Shown piece after piece: positions 1 to 8,972 of a DNA stretch of 64,000 nt (position 1 is the first letter of the stretch; each line of letters starts with the position of its first letter). The stretch is from an uncultured Candidatus Berkelbacteria bacterium. Its GTDB lineage: Bacteria > Patescibacteriota > UBA1384 > UBA12157 > JAENIV01. The position numbers were made by a program, and so were the translations under genes. The notes below the pieces were generated by a model. It was not told the DNA's origin and searched no databases. It saw only the letters and a list, made by a program, of their open reading frames with translations. Location: positions 862,131 to 926,130 of the forward strand of contig OY969116.1 of the NCBI GenBank assembly GCA_963698075.1, in the 5' to 3' direction.

Positions 1-1310
1 GCAAAGAGTCACTCAAAGTTGCCGAAAAAGCGGTTGAGGCCCCGGTTAAAAAAGCCGAAGAATTTTGGCATAAGCTCGGACCGGGACTAACCACCGGCGC
101 GGCTGATGATGATCCCTCTGGGGTGGCGACTTATTCCCAGCAGGGCGCTAAATACGGCTTTCAATTATTATGGCTGGCGCCGCTAACTTTTCCCTTGATG
201 GCTGTTGTTCAAGAAATCTGCGCCCGTATCGGCCTGGCCACCGGTCGGGGTTTGGCCGCCAATATCAAAAATCATTTTCCCCGCTGGGTTTTATTTACCA
301 CTGCCGGTCTTCTATTGGTCGCCAATTCCTTTAACATCGGCGCTGATTTAGGTGGTATGGCCAAGGCAACCCAACTTCTTGCCCCGGCAATTCCGTTTTG
401 GCTTTTGATTTTCGGCTTCGTCGTTTTAAGCGGCTTAATGCAGATTTTTATTTCTTACACCAAATATGCTCGCTATTTAAAATATCTGGCTTTAACTTTG
501 ATTGTCTACATTATCACTGCCTTTACCCTCAAGGGCTTTCCGTGGCTTGAGGTTTTCAAACACGCTTTTTCGCCCACGCTTAATTTTAGCAAAGAACAAT
601 TTATTTTAATCACCGGGATTTTAGGGACGACGATCTCGCCATATTTGTTTTTTTGGGAGACTTCTCAAGAAGTTGAGGAACGCATCGCGAATGGCAAAAC
701 CACTATTCATGAACGTCAAGATGTTGCAAGAACCGAGATTCGCAAGATGCGCACTGATGTTTGGACAGGAATGTTTTTTTCCAATTTAGTAATGTTTTTT
801 ATTGTCGCTGTCTGCGGGGCAACTTTGTTTGCTCACGGGATAACTAATATCAACAGTGCTGCTGATGCGGCAGCGGCTCTTAAACCCTTGGCGGGCAATT
901 TTTCCTCCTTGCTTTTTGCCTTGGGCATTATAACCACCGGACTTTTAGGCATCCCGGTTTTGGCCGGCAGCGCTTCTTACGCGATTTCGGAAAGTTTGGG
1001 TTGGCGAGAAGGCTTAAATCTTCGTCTTCGCCAAGCCGCCTATTTTTACGGCATGATTATTTTGGCCATGCTTATCGGTTTGTTTATTAATTTTGTGGGC
1101 CTCGATCCAATTAAAGCCCTAATTTACGCCGCCGTGATCAATGGTTTGGTCGCGCCGGTGATTATGATTCTCATTATGCTTCTTTCCGGCAGACACGAGA
1201 TCATGAATCATTGGGTTAACGGTCCCTGGACAAAAACCATCGGCTGGCTGGCCACAGCTTTCATGATTATTACTGGTTTAATTACGATTTATTCAATTTT
1301 CGGGGAATAA
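1..1310 (+). CDS. mntH: Nramp-family divalent metal (Mn2+/Fe2+) transporter. The 5' end lies upstream of the window.
   Basis: The reading frame is open from nt 3. It carries the Nramp signature GPG-x-DDP (EFWHKLGPGLTTGAADDDPSG) and is polytopic. The ORF track begins at an internal GTG. Confidence 0.78.
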   Translation, partial: KESLKVAEKAVEAPVKKAEEFWHKLGPGLTTGAADDDPSGVATYSQQGAKYGFQLLWLAPLTFPLMAVVQEICARIGLATGRGLAANIKNHFPRWVLFTTAGLLLVANSFNIGADLGGMAKATQLLAPAIPFWLLIFGFVVLSGLMQIFISYTKYARYLKYLALTLIVYIITAFTLKGFPWLEVFKHAFSPTLNFSKEQFILITGILGTTISPYLFFWETSQEVEERIANGKTTIHERQDVARTEIRKMRTDVWTGMFFSNLVMFFIVAVCGATLFAHGITNINSAADAAAALKPLAGNFSSLLFALGIITTGLLGIPVLAGSASYAISESLGWREGLNLRLRQAAYFYGMIILAMLIGLFINFVGLDPIKALIYAAVINGLVAPVIMILIMLLSGRHEIMNHWVNGPWTKTIGWLATAFMIITGLITIYSIFGE

Positions 1311-1311
1311 A

Positions 1312-1968
1312 ATGGGCATATTGTATATTGTGGGTACCCCCATCGGCAATTTGGAAGATATTACTTTAAGGGCTTTACGAATTTTAAAAGAAGTTGATTT
1401 AATTGCCTGTGAGGATACTCGCCGGACAAGCATTTTGTTAGAGCATTATAATATCCGTCAGCCGATGGTTTCTTTTCATCAACATTCAAAACTGCAAAAA
1501 ATTGACTATCTTGTGGATAAACTAAAATCGGGCCAAAATATTGCTATAGTCACGGATGCCGGCACCCCCGGTATTTCTGATCCTGGTGGCGTCTTGATAG
1601 CCGAGGCGATAAAGCATAAGATAGAAATAGAGCCAATTCCCGGCCCGTCGGCTCTGACAACGATGTTGTCGATTGCTGGAATTGGAGCCGAGAAATTTTT
1701 GTTTTTAGGCTATTTTCCCAAGAAAAAAGGCCGCCAAACACTTTTGAAAAATTTAAAAAAATTTCCCTTTCTGATCGTCTTTTTTGAATCGCCGTACAGA
1801 ATTCAGCGGACCCTCGAAGATATCCAAAAATATTTAGATAATCCCGAAGTAATTATTGGCCGCGAATTAACCAAAAAATTCGAAGAAATTTTACGCGGAA
1901 AAATTTCCGAAGTTTTACCGAAAATCCGACCTCAAGGTGAATTCGTAATAATTATCAACCATGAATAA
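1312..1968 (+). CDS. rsmI: 16S rRNA (cytidine1402-2'-O)-methyltransferase, tetrapyrrole methylase fold
   Basis: N-terminus ILYIVGTPIGNLEDIT ... ACEDTRRT ... DAGTPGISDPG is typical of RsmI. Confidence 0.85.
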   Translation: MGILYIVGTPIGNLEDITLRALRILKEVDLIACEDTRRTSILLEHYNIRQPMVSFHQHSKLQKIDYLVDKLKSGQNIAIVTDAGTPGISDPGGVLIAEAIKHKIEIEPIPGPSALTTMLSIAGIGAEKFLFLGYFPKKKGRQTLLKNLKKFPFLIVFFESPYRIQRTLEDIQKYLDNPEVIIGRELTKKFEEILRGKISEVLPKIRPQGEFVIIINHE

Positions 1969-3373
1969 CGAATCAAAATCAAAAGCTGATGTTTTTTTTG
2001 TCACCACCGCCATTGATTACGCCAGTGATCTTCCCCACGTCGGTCATGCCCAAGAAAAAATTGCCGCCGATATTTTGGCACGCTATTGGCGCCGCCGCGG
2101 CCGCGAAGTTTTCTTTCTGACGGGCACCGATGAACATGGCCTCAAAGTTTTTCAAGCTGCCCAAAAAAAAGGTCAAGAGCCAAAACAGTTTGTCGATGAT
2201 ATTGCCTTAAAATATCAAGCCACTTGGTCAGCCCTTGAAATCAAATACGATAATTTTCTGCGCACCACTGATCCGGAACATGAAAAATATGTCCAAGAAT
2301 TTGTCCAAAAACTCTATGAACTTGGCGAGGTCTACAAAGATCGCTACCAGGGACTTTACTGCGTTGGTTGTGAGGAATATAAAGTTAAAAGTGAATTATT
2401 GCCTGGAAATCTTTGCCCGACTCACAAAACTCCTTGCCAAGCAGTTTTCGAAGATGTCTATTTTTTCCGGCTTTCTAAATACAAACAACAAATTTTAGAC
2501 ATTATTAAACAAAAGAAAATTATCATCGAGCCCGAAACGCGGAGAAATGAGATCATTAGTTTCTTGACCAAAGAGCCCTTGCAAGATTTAGCGATTTCTC
2601 GTTCCAAAGTCAGCTGGGGAATTCCCATTCCCTGGGATACAACGCAGACCATTTATGTTTGGGTTGATGCCCTCTTAAATTACCTCACTGGTTCCCGTGG
2701 TAATTGGCCGCCGTCATTGCATATAATCGGCAAAGATATTTTTCGTTTCCACTGTATCATCTGGCCGGCGATGCTCTTGGCCGTCGGTTTAGAACTGCCG
2801 CGCAAAATTTTTATCCATGGTTTTTTATCCGTTGATGGTGAACGGATTTCTAAAACTCGTGGCAATGTGATTGATCCCTTACAAATTGCCAAAATTTATG
2901 GCGTTGATCCCCTACGCTATTTTTTGTTTCGCGAAACGCCCTTTTTTCAAGACGGTGACTTTTCTGTTGACCGTTTTGAGAGGCGATACAAAGCCGATCT
3001 GGCCAACGACCTAGGTAATTTAATCCAAAGAGTTTTAATTTTAGCCAGTCAAAATAAAATTAACTGGCAATATCGGACCATTACCAAGCCCTTTCATCAG
3101 ATCGATCAAGCCATCGAGGATTTAAAATTCGATCGAGCCTTGGAATTGATTTGGGACATCATTACTGAGGCCAACAAACGGATTGATGCTGAAAAACCCT
3201 GGGAATTGGCCAAAACCAACCCAAAAAGATTGACAGAAATTATCAGTCAACTATTGCAGGCGCTTTCTCAAATCGCTTACGAACTTGAACCATTTATGCC
3301 GGAGACCGCTTGGTCAATTATCGAGCAGCTTAAAAGCCTCAAACCCTATGTCCTTTTTCCGAGAAAGAAATAA
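1961..3373 (+). CDS. metG: Methionyl-tRNA synthetase (short class I form)
   Basis: HIGH-type motif (PHVGHA), KMSKS-type motif (RISKTRG) and zinc-knuckle cysteines. Overlaps the rsmI stop. Confidence 0.9.
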   Translation: MNNESKSKADVFFVTTAIDYASDLPHVGHAQEKIAADILARYWRRRGREVFFLTGTDEHGLKVFQAAQKKGQEPKQFVDDIALKYQATWSALEIKYDNFLRTTDPEHEKYVQEFVQKLYELGEVYKDRYQGLYCVGCEEYKVKSELLPGNLCPTHKTPCQAVFEDVYFFRLSKYKQQILDIIKQKKIIIEPETRRNEIISFLTKEPLQDLAISRSKVSWGIPIPWDTTQTIYVWVDALLNYLTGSRGNWPPSLHIIGKDIFRFHCIIWPAMLLAVGLELPRKIFIHGFLSVDGERISKTRGNVIDPLQIAKIYGVDPLRYFLFRETPFFQDGDFSVDRFERRYKADLANDLGNLIQRVLILASQNKINWQYRTITKPFHQIDQAIEDLKFDRALELIWDIITEANKRIDAEKPWELAKTNPKRLTEIISQLLQALSQIAYELEPFMPETAWSIIEQLKSLKPYVLFPRKK

Positions 3374-3384
3374 AGGAGGATTTT

Positions 3385-4224
3385 TTGTTCCCATTTATTG
3401 CCACTGTCACGCAGGCCGCCGGCATCATTGTTGATAAAATAATTTTGACTCGCCGGAGGATGGAGCTTCACGTTTACATCCCGGTTCTTTTTTTATTTCT
3501 GTTTTTACTCACTGGCATTTTGATGCCGTTTTTTGGCAACATTAGTTTAGACATTTTCCGGCCTTACTATTTAATAATCTTCTTGGCCATGATAATCTGC
3601 GCCTTGATTTGGAACGTTTTTTACTACAAAGGTGCCCAGGCGGAAAAAGTTCATGAATTTGAACTCATCATTATGTTCCAGCCATTGCTAACGATTCTTT
3701 TGGCGGCGATATTGATTGAAAAAAATACCAATATTCACCTCCTCATCGCCTCGGTCCTGGCATCCTTGGCGCTGATTTTTTCTCATCTTAAAAGAAATCA
3801 CTTTGAAATTTCCGCCGCCGGCAAGGGTCTCATTTTGGCGGTCGTTTTTATATCTGTGGAGATCATTTTACAAAAGATAATGCTTGAAGTTTTATCGCCA
3901 GTGGCTTTGTATTTTATCCGCACCGGGATTATTTTTCTCTTTTTCATGTTTTTTTATCGGCCGCATATTAGACAAGTAGCCAATACCAATGCCTTGCTGA
4001 TTTTGACGACTTCGGCTTTGGGCGTTGCTCAGATGGTAACCAAATTTTACGGCTTTGAGGTTTACGGGGTGATTTACACTTCTTTAATTTTGATTTTATC
4101 GCCAATTTTGGTCTATATTATCTCGACGATCGCCTTACACGAGCACGTCAAAGCAAGAACAATAATCTCTGGCTTAGTGATTTTAGGTTGTATCATTTAC
4201 GCGACGGTTTTTAATTTAAGATAG
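3385..4224 (+). CDS. Polytopic membrane protein, possibly a DMT/EamA-like transporter
   Basis: About 8-10 hydrophobic helices. TTG start, 5 nt after an AAGGAGG RBS. Confidence 0.45.
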   Translation: MFPFIATVTQAAGIIVDKIILTRRRMELHVYIPVLFLFLFLLTGILMPFFGNISLDIFRPYYLIIFLAMIICALIWNVFYYKGAQAEKVHEFELIIMFQPLLTILLAAILIEKNTNIHLLIASVLASLALIFSHLKRNHFEISAAGKGLILAVVFISVEIILQKIMLEVLSPVALYFIRTGIIFLFFMFFYRPHIRQVANTNALLILTTSALGVAQMVTKFYGFEVYGVIYTSLILILSPILVYIISTIALHEHVKARTIISGLVILGCIIYATVFNLR

Positions 4225-4247
4225 AATAAGATCTAAATAATACGAAA

Positions 4248-4285
4248 CAAGCCGCAGGCTCGAAAGCCTGCGGCTTGTATGTTGT
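4248..4285 (+). terminator. Rho-independent terminator after the membrane-protein gene
   Basis: GCCGCAGGC-TCGAAA-GCCTGCGGC hairpin followed by a T-rich run. Confidence 0.6.
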
Positions 4286-4306
4286 GTTCTCCACCTCCTT
4301 GTGGGG

Positions 4307-5632
4307 TTAGTGCGAAGGCCACTTCTCGCGGAATGGATCATCCGACTCCCGCGAGTAGAAGATGGCGATCAAGTGGCGCTGCCAGCCCATGAAGCCATCG
4401 GGCCAGAGGCGGACGTCCAGCCAATCCCCGGGCGGGACACGCATCGGCGGGTCAGCCCAGGGGTTTTCCCATACCCACATCTGCCAGGCATCGTGGATGT
4501 CAGTGCCAACGTTGTCCTTGCTCTGGCCGTTGAGTTCCCAGGAAGGCAGAGCCACCTTGAACTCCCGGGTCGGCAGGAAGGCTGGGGCGCGACTGCCATA
4601 GAAGCCCTCGCGGACCGTCAGGACAACCTCAGCTTTCGGATCGCGGGGAGACCTCTCGGCTTTGAAGACTTGGTATTCTCCTTGCCGAAGGTCCCAGGCC
4701 GAGTGAACGTAGTTCGGGCTGAATTTGGCCATGCCAGTGGTCAAGAGCCAAGCCGTCACCACCAGGCCGACTGCGAGATAGAAGCCGAAGGTCAGTCTCG
4801 CTATTTCCGGCTCGTTGTCCCAACCGCGCCGCAAGGGACCCTCGTGACTGACGCGAGCCAGCTCATAGCTCTTGATAAAGAGCGCCGAGCAGGCAAAGAC
4901 GAGCCAGTCGCGAGAGAGCAGAGAGTAGACCAGGGGCAGGGCCCAGTAGCGCTGTTCCATCAGTTCATAGAGGTGGCCGTGCCACTTAGGGTCGAGCTTC
5001 TTCTCCAAGATGTCTTCCGCCAGTCCGAGGACCAGGAGGACGACCAGAAAGGCGCCCGCCACGTTGAGCTCCAGGTTGATGGTCAGGAATGTCGGATTGG
5101 AGACGAAACTCTCGTGAAAGAACCTCGTCCCCACGAAGCTTCGGACCGCGAAGATGATCGGATCGGCCAAGAGAACCGCCAAAAGCATTACTGTCGTGGC
5201 CAAACCATGATTGGCGCGATCGATCTTTTCACGGACAAAGCAGACAAGGACCAAGGGAATCAGGAAATTGGCTAGGGGCGGGTGGGCGAGAATCAGGAGT
5301 GACCCCGCCAAACCCCAACCAATACCCAGGACCTTATCCGCTCCTCGAAACCAGACCAGACCGTGGTCGACGAGCAGGTCAGCCACCTTCATCTGGATAC
5401 CAAAGAAGATGGCCAGGGCTCCGACAAGGAGCTCTGTTGGGAGATACACCCCGGCGGCAACGATAGCGATGAGGCTAACCGTACCAGCCAGGGACACCAG
5501 GGCGGCAATATAGGTCAGACGACTGCGGGCCCAGGTGACGATTACAGGGACCCCGAGAACTCGGGGCATAGTCAGGCTTCTGACTGTCACAGCGTGCCTC
5601 CATATAGAGTCAAGGTTCAAATCGTCCCACAT
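4307..5632 (-). CDS. GC-rich (about 58%) polytopic membrane protein with a roughly 150-aa soluble C-terminal domain. Family not recognised.
   Basis: 441-aa ORF with coherent transmembrane-helix periodicity. A near-consensus promoter lies on the minus strand just upstream. Composition is foreign to the surrounding genome. Confidence 0.6.
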   Translation of the reverse strand: MWDDLNLDSIWRHAVTVRSLTMPRVLGVPVIVTWARSRLTYIAALVSLAGTVSLIAIVAAGVYLPTELLVGALAIFFGIQMKVADLLVDHGLVWFRGADKVLGIGWGLAGSLLILAHPPLANFLIPLVLVCFVREKIDRANHGLATTVMLLAVLLADPIIFAVRSFVGTRFFHESFVSNPTFLTINLELNVAGAFLVVLLVLGLAEDILEKKLDPKWHGHLYELMEQRYWALPLVYSLLSRDWLVFACSALFIKSYELARVSHEGPLRRGWDNEPEIARLTFGFYLAVGLVVTAWLLTTGMAKFSPNYVHSAWDLRQGEYQVFKAERSPRDPKAEVVLTVREGFYGSRAPAFLPTREFKVALPSWELNGQSKDNVGTDIHDAWQMWVWENPWADPPMRVPPGDWLDVRLWPDGFMGWQRHLIAIFYSRESDDPFREKWPSH

Positions 5633-5646
5633 CTTTGGGACATTGA

Positions 5647-5675
5647 ATTATAGCATAAATTGGTCTAAAAGTCAA
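5647..5675 (-). promoter_or_regulatory. Sigma70-like promoter for the minus-strand membrane-protein gene (TTGACT-17-TATAAT)
   Basis: The reverse complement reads TTGACTtttagaccaatttatgcTATAAT, about 15 nt before the ATG at 5632. Confidence 0.5.
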
Positions 5676-5773
5676 GGAATTATAATGCAGTTATAAGGAG
5701 GGATTTTGATAATATGTAAAGTTGACCTTTACTATGCTCAACACCCGCAAATCATAAAAATGTCAATACTCAC

Positions 5774-5809
5774 TTGACAAAATTGGTAAAATGTGATAAG
5801 ATGTGATAA
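5774..5809 (+). promoter_or_regulatory. Divergent sigma70-like promoter (TTGACA-17-TAAGAT) with tandem TGTGATAA repeats across the -10 element, followed by a roughly 75-nt hairpin-containing leader
   Basis: TTGACAaaattggtaaaatgtgaTAAGAT. TGTGATAA sits at 5792-5799 and 5802-5809. The leader hairpin is CAAGCG-GAAAT-CGCTTG. Confidence 0.45.
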
Positions 5810-5880
5810 TCAAGCGGAAATCGCTTGAGCGAACCTGAAAACCCGCCGGTGACGAGGTAAATCGGGAAAGGAGGTGGCCC

Positions 5881-6486
5881 ATGCGCTACCTGACAATAGC
5901 TGTACTGGTGGTAATGCTGTTGGGACTAGGGGTTTCTGCTTACGGGGCCCACGTTGAGGAGCCGGGGATCAACCTCGAGTCCATCAACATGGGTTACGAC
6001 CTCGAGCGGACCCCCGATGGCAACGAGACGACCGAGCTCTACGAGAACTTCTCGTTCTGCAACAAGACCTACCGAGTGAAGCTCTCTCTCGAGTACTACT
6101 CTGACGGCTATGACCGCTACACCCTCTACGCCGGCAAGAAGTCCAGCCCGACTATGGGACTGGTGCGCTGGGATGATTCGAGCCGCTTGTGGCTCGGCTT
6201 CAACCACGTCCAGCCCATCTCGAACGAGCTGACACTGATCCTCCGGCCGCTCAAAGGAGTCAATGCCGCCACCTGCGACCGCGCCTATCTCATCGCTGAC
6301 TACCAACTGAAGGGCGAACATCTGGGCGCGATGTTCCTGGCGGTGGGAATCGAGGGCGACGGCAAGGCCGAGGACTACTACCTTGGTCCCACTTACCGCG
6401 ATGGCGGCTGGAGCTTCTGGGCCGCCACACACCTGACCAAGGACGATTTCTACCTGGACGCCAGCTACTCAATGGCGTTCAAGTAG
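5881..6486 (+). CDS. Secreted protein (signal peptide MRYLTIAVLVVMLLGLGVSAYGA) with beta-rich composition resembling small outer-membrane proteins
   Basis: Signal peptide plus an AGGAGG RBS. GC-rich island gene. The beta-barrel-like assignment is inference only. Confidence 0.55.
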   Translation: MRYLTIAVLVVMLLGLGVSAYGAHVEEPGINLESINMGYDLERTPDGNETTELYENFSFCNKTYRVKLSLEYYSDGYDRYTLYAGKKSSPTMGLVRWDDSSRLWLGFNHVQPISNELTLILRPLKGVNAATCDRAYLIADYQLKGEHLGAMFLAVGIEGDGKAEDYYLGPTYRDGGWSFWAATHLTKDDFYLDASYSMAFK

Positions 6487-6510
6487 GGAACAACGACTAC
6501 TGACTAACCA

Positions 6511-6545
6511 GGCAGACAGGCCTTCAAACTTATGGCCTGTCTGCC
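6511..6545 (+). terminator. Perfect 12-bp stem terminator
   Basis: GGCAGACAGGCC-ttcaaacttat-GGCCTGTCTGCC followed by a T-containing tail. Confidence 0.6.
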
Positions 6546-6619
6546 CCATTTTCTCCTGATTCCATCCACGGATGGAGCCAGAAGACGAATGTTGTACCTG
6601 AACAAGGGAGGAAACCCTG

Positions 6620-6763
6620 ATGAACAAGAGATGGTTTCTTTTCGCCGTTATCGTCCTTGCCTGGATCGCTGTGGTTGTTCTGGGAGTCAAGTATGCCCCG
6701 TGGTCGTTTGCCGTCCTCGGCGGCGTCATCATTCTGCTCCTTATCTTGCGGAAGAGGAGGTGA
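6620..6763 (+). CDS. 47-aa hydrophobic membrane peptide (MNKRWFLFAVIVLAWIAVVVLGVKYAPWSFAVLGGVIILLLILRKRR)
   Basis: Below the ORF-track length cut-off. GGGAGG RBS 7 nt upstream. Its TGA stop is embedded in the RBS of the next gene. The overlapping long-frame ORF translates to low-complexity R/P/C-rich sequence. Confidence 0.5.
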   Translation: MNKRWFLFAVIVLAWIAVVVLGVKYAPWSFAVLGGVIILLLILRKRR

Positions 6764-6768
6764 GAGAG

Positions 6769-7413
6769 ATGATGAAGGTGCTTAGAGGCTCCTGCCTGGT
6801 TGCGAGTGGTGTGAAGGAGAAGGACGTATCCTCCTTCCTTCAGGAATGGGACCGGATAGGAGCGGAGCTGATTTCGGTAGAGAGGATCGGTATCAAGAAT
6901 CCTCGCTATCGAGTTCTCGCCTTCCTGCCCAATGGTCCGAATCATTCCTTTGCTTTGACCCACAGGTCTAAAGGCATTCACAATCTGGGTCAGGGCAAAC
7001 TGGTACGGAGCGAGACCGGAGCTGTCCGATTTGTGCCGGAGCGTTACCCCTACCCGGATGCCCAAGAAGTGGGTCGAGGTAGTAGCCGCGTAACCATGTA
7101 CACGGACCGGGACGGAAGGGTACACTTCAGCTTTCTGATACCCGGAACCCACTACCGGTGGCTGCACTGGATCGTTGATCCTCGCCGGATCGGTCCAAGG
7201 CAATTGCCATCAGGCTTTTTCCAATGGGACTTGGGTCTGCCCCAGCGCCGCCTGAGTTTACTAGCAAGTTTCGCGCTGGCGAAAGACACTGGGCGATGCC
7301 TGACACTCCACATGCAAGACCAGTACGGCAAGTTTCACGAACTTCCGGTCGAGAAGCGCGTGGCCAAGGTTCTTGGCCTTCGCGACTGTAACCCTCGAGA
7401 CGAGAGGAGGTGA
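6769..7413 (+). CDS. Hypothetical protein (214 aa) of the GC-rich island
   Basis: ATG preceded by GAGGAGGTGAGAGAG. Same frame as track ORF 6532..7413, but the region upstream of 6769 looks non-protein-like. Confidence 0.5.
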   Translation: MMKVLRGSCLVASGVKEKDVSSFLQEWDRIGAELISVERIGIKNPRYRVLAFLPNGPNHSFALTHRSKGIHNLGQGKLVRSETGAVRFVPERYPYPDAQEVGRGSSRVTMYTDRDGRVHFSFLIPGTHYRWLHWIVDPRRIGPRQLPSGFFQWDLGLPQRRLSLLASFALAKDTGRCLTLHMQDQYGKFHELPVEKRVAKVLGLRDCNPRDERR

Positions 7414-7418
7414 GAGAG

Positions 7419-8254
7419 ATGCCTGAAGAGCCCAAAGATGGCTATCTGATCATCATCAGAGATGTTCGGCACGGCGATTTCGTGGGACTGCTACCGCCTT
7501 TGTTCTGGCAGCCAACGGCGCGACTGTCCACTTGGTCTCCCGAAACGAAGAGAAGCTCGAGCAGATCGCCCACAACATCACCCATTTCCTTGAGGAGGTT
7601 AGGGAGGATCAAGTCGAACGATCAGCCGTTGATCTCCTTGATGAAGGGCAAGTCACGGCGTTCGTGGACGCCTTGCCGAAGAATAAACGGATCTTTTGGG
7701 TCCAGTCTATCGGCATGGGAGCCGGTACTTACCAACTCAAGGACGGAAACCCGTATCTGCATCTTGAGGATATCCCGCTCGAACTTCTTGAGCTGGAATC
7801 GACAACTGTGCTCAAGGGAACACACATCCTGATGCAGAAGCTACTGCCGGTGTTCCGTGAGCAAAACAGTCGCTTCGGAATGGAGACGAGGATTGCGATT
7901 GTAAGTTCGATGTCAGCAATCCGAGGCTATAACGTTGGCGGGACGCACTGCGCAGCCAAGGGCGCGATCAGCCGATATGCCAATGCGGCCATGCTCGACC
8001 TCTGGAAAGAAGGTATCTATGTTACCGATGTCAGGCCAGGGGTCGTCGACACCGGGATGTACGATTCGGAAGCGGTTCAGAAGGCAGTCCTGGAGATCGA
8101 CGCGGAATATGGCAATCACTGGAACCAGAATGGCCTTCAACTTGCTCCGCCCATCGCCGTCGGTTACGCCATCGCTACTGCGCTGACCATTCCCGCTCAC
8201 ATTCCGTCAATCAATCTGGTGGCGCAGGGGCAATTCCCGAACGAGGGGTCGTAA
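7419..8254 (+). pseudogene. SDR-family (short-chain dehydrogenase-like) gene that is frameshifted and degenerate
   Basis: The frame from 7419 encodes ...LIIIRDVRHGDFVG and then needs a -1 shift near 7486 to continue TATAFVLAANGATVHLVSRNEEKLEQ..., which aligns in register with the Rossmann region. The catalytic region reads SSMS...GGTHCAAK, with His in place of the Tyr of the YxxxK motif. Confidence 0.45.
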
Positions 8255-8278
8255 ATCTTAACAACTGAAAATAGATCT

Positions 8279-8317
8279 TGCCCACCATAGCCTTGGGCGA
8301 AGGTGGGCCTTTTCTCC
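8279..8317 (+). terminator. Terminator after the SDR-like gene
   Basis: GCCCACC-atagccttgggcgaa-GGTGGGC followed by CTTTTCTCC. Confidence 0.55.
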
Positions 8318-8377
8318 CGGTTATCACTACGGTGGTAGCTGGAAGCAAAAGAATGTACCTGAACAAAGGAGAAGCCA

Positions 8378-8572
8378 ATGTCGGCTTTTATGGGTGTGAA
8401 GACCAAAGACCGGAAGGGCAGGATCGTCGGGATCACACCGGATGTCGCCGCCGGTATGATATTTCTAGGGCTGGTAACGCCGGTCAGAAAGGTCGTTCAA
8501 CCAACACGCAAGAAGAAGGGGAAGGTTGCCTCGAAGCGCAAATCGGCGAAACGAAAAAAGAAGAGAGGCTGA
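8378..8572 (+). CDS. 64-aa protein with a strongly basic Lys/Arg-rich tail
   Basis: AAGGAGA RBS. Preceded by the same ATGTACCTGAACAAAGGAG module that precedes the 47-aa peptide gene. Confidence 0.45.
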   Translation: MSAFMGVKTKDRKGRIVGITPDVAAGMIFLGLVTPVRKVVQPTRKKKGKVASKRKSAKRKKKRG

Positions 8573-8573
8573 G

Positions 8574-8909
8574 ATGGCCAAGATTCTGCTCTGGAACGTG
8601 CCGGCGGAGTATCGCGAGGCGCTGGAGAAGGAAGCGAGACCGTTCGTGTCGCTGGAGACCCTAGAGATCGATGAAGTTTCTGGTATCAACCAATTTGATA
8701 GCAAAGCCAAAGAGGCGACTGCTTCAGGTAGGCCCTATACTCAGATTGTAGCTTTCTTGACAGAGCCATCCAATGTGAGAGGGGCGCTGGATGTACTCAG
8801 TGAGCGGGCGACAGAAATGCAGGCTGATGTAATCTGTCACACAGCGCTGGTTCCGCTTCCCGACTTCATCGCCGAGTTCAATCGCACCTTCCACCCGTGG
8901 AAGAAGTGA
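8574..8909 (+). CDS. Hypothetical protein (112 aa, MAKILLWNVPAEYREALEKE...)
   Basis: The ATG lies 1 nt after the upstream TGA, giving translational coupling. A terminator follows at 8938-8972. Confidence 0.5.
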   Translation: MAKILLWNVPAEYREALEKEARPFVSLETLEIDEVSGINQFDSKAKEATASGRPYTQIVAFLTEPSNVRGALDVLSERATEMQADVICHTALVPLPDFIAEFNRTFHPWKK

Positions 8910-8937
8910 CATCACATCATCAAGGAGAGGGATCAAT

Positions 8938-8972
8938 GAGGTCCGCCTTTGGTGGACCTCTTCTTTTTCCCT
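8938..8972 (+). terminator. Terminator closing the GC-rich island
   Basis: AGGTCCGCC-tttggt-GGACCT followed by cttctttttcc. Confidence 0.55.

Noticed and set aside
6532-7413. Track ORF of 293 aa spanning the 47-aa peptide region and the 214-aa gene
   Set aside because: The first roughly 80 codons translate to R/P/C/G-rich low-complexity sequence (RRYRPCLDRCGCSGSQVCPVVVCRPRRRHH). An alternative-frame 47-aa hydrophobic peptide with a good RBS fits better. The real gene most likely starts at the ATG at 6769 behind the repeated RBS module.
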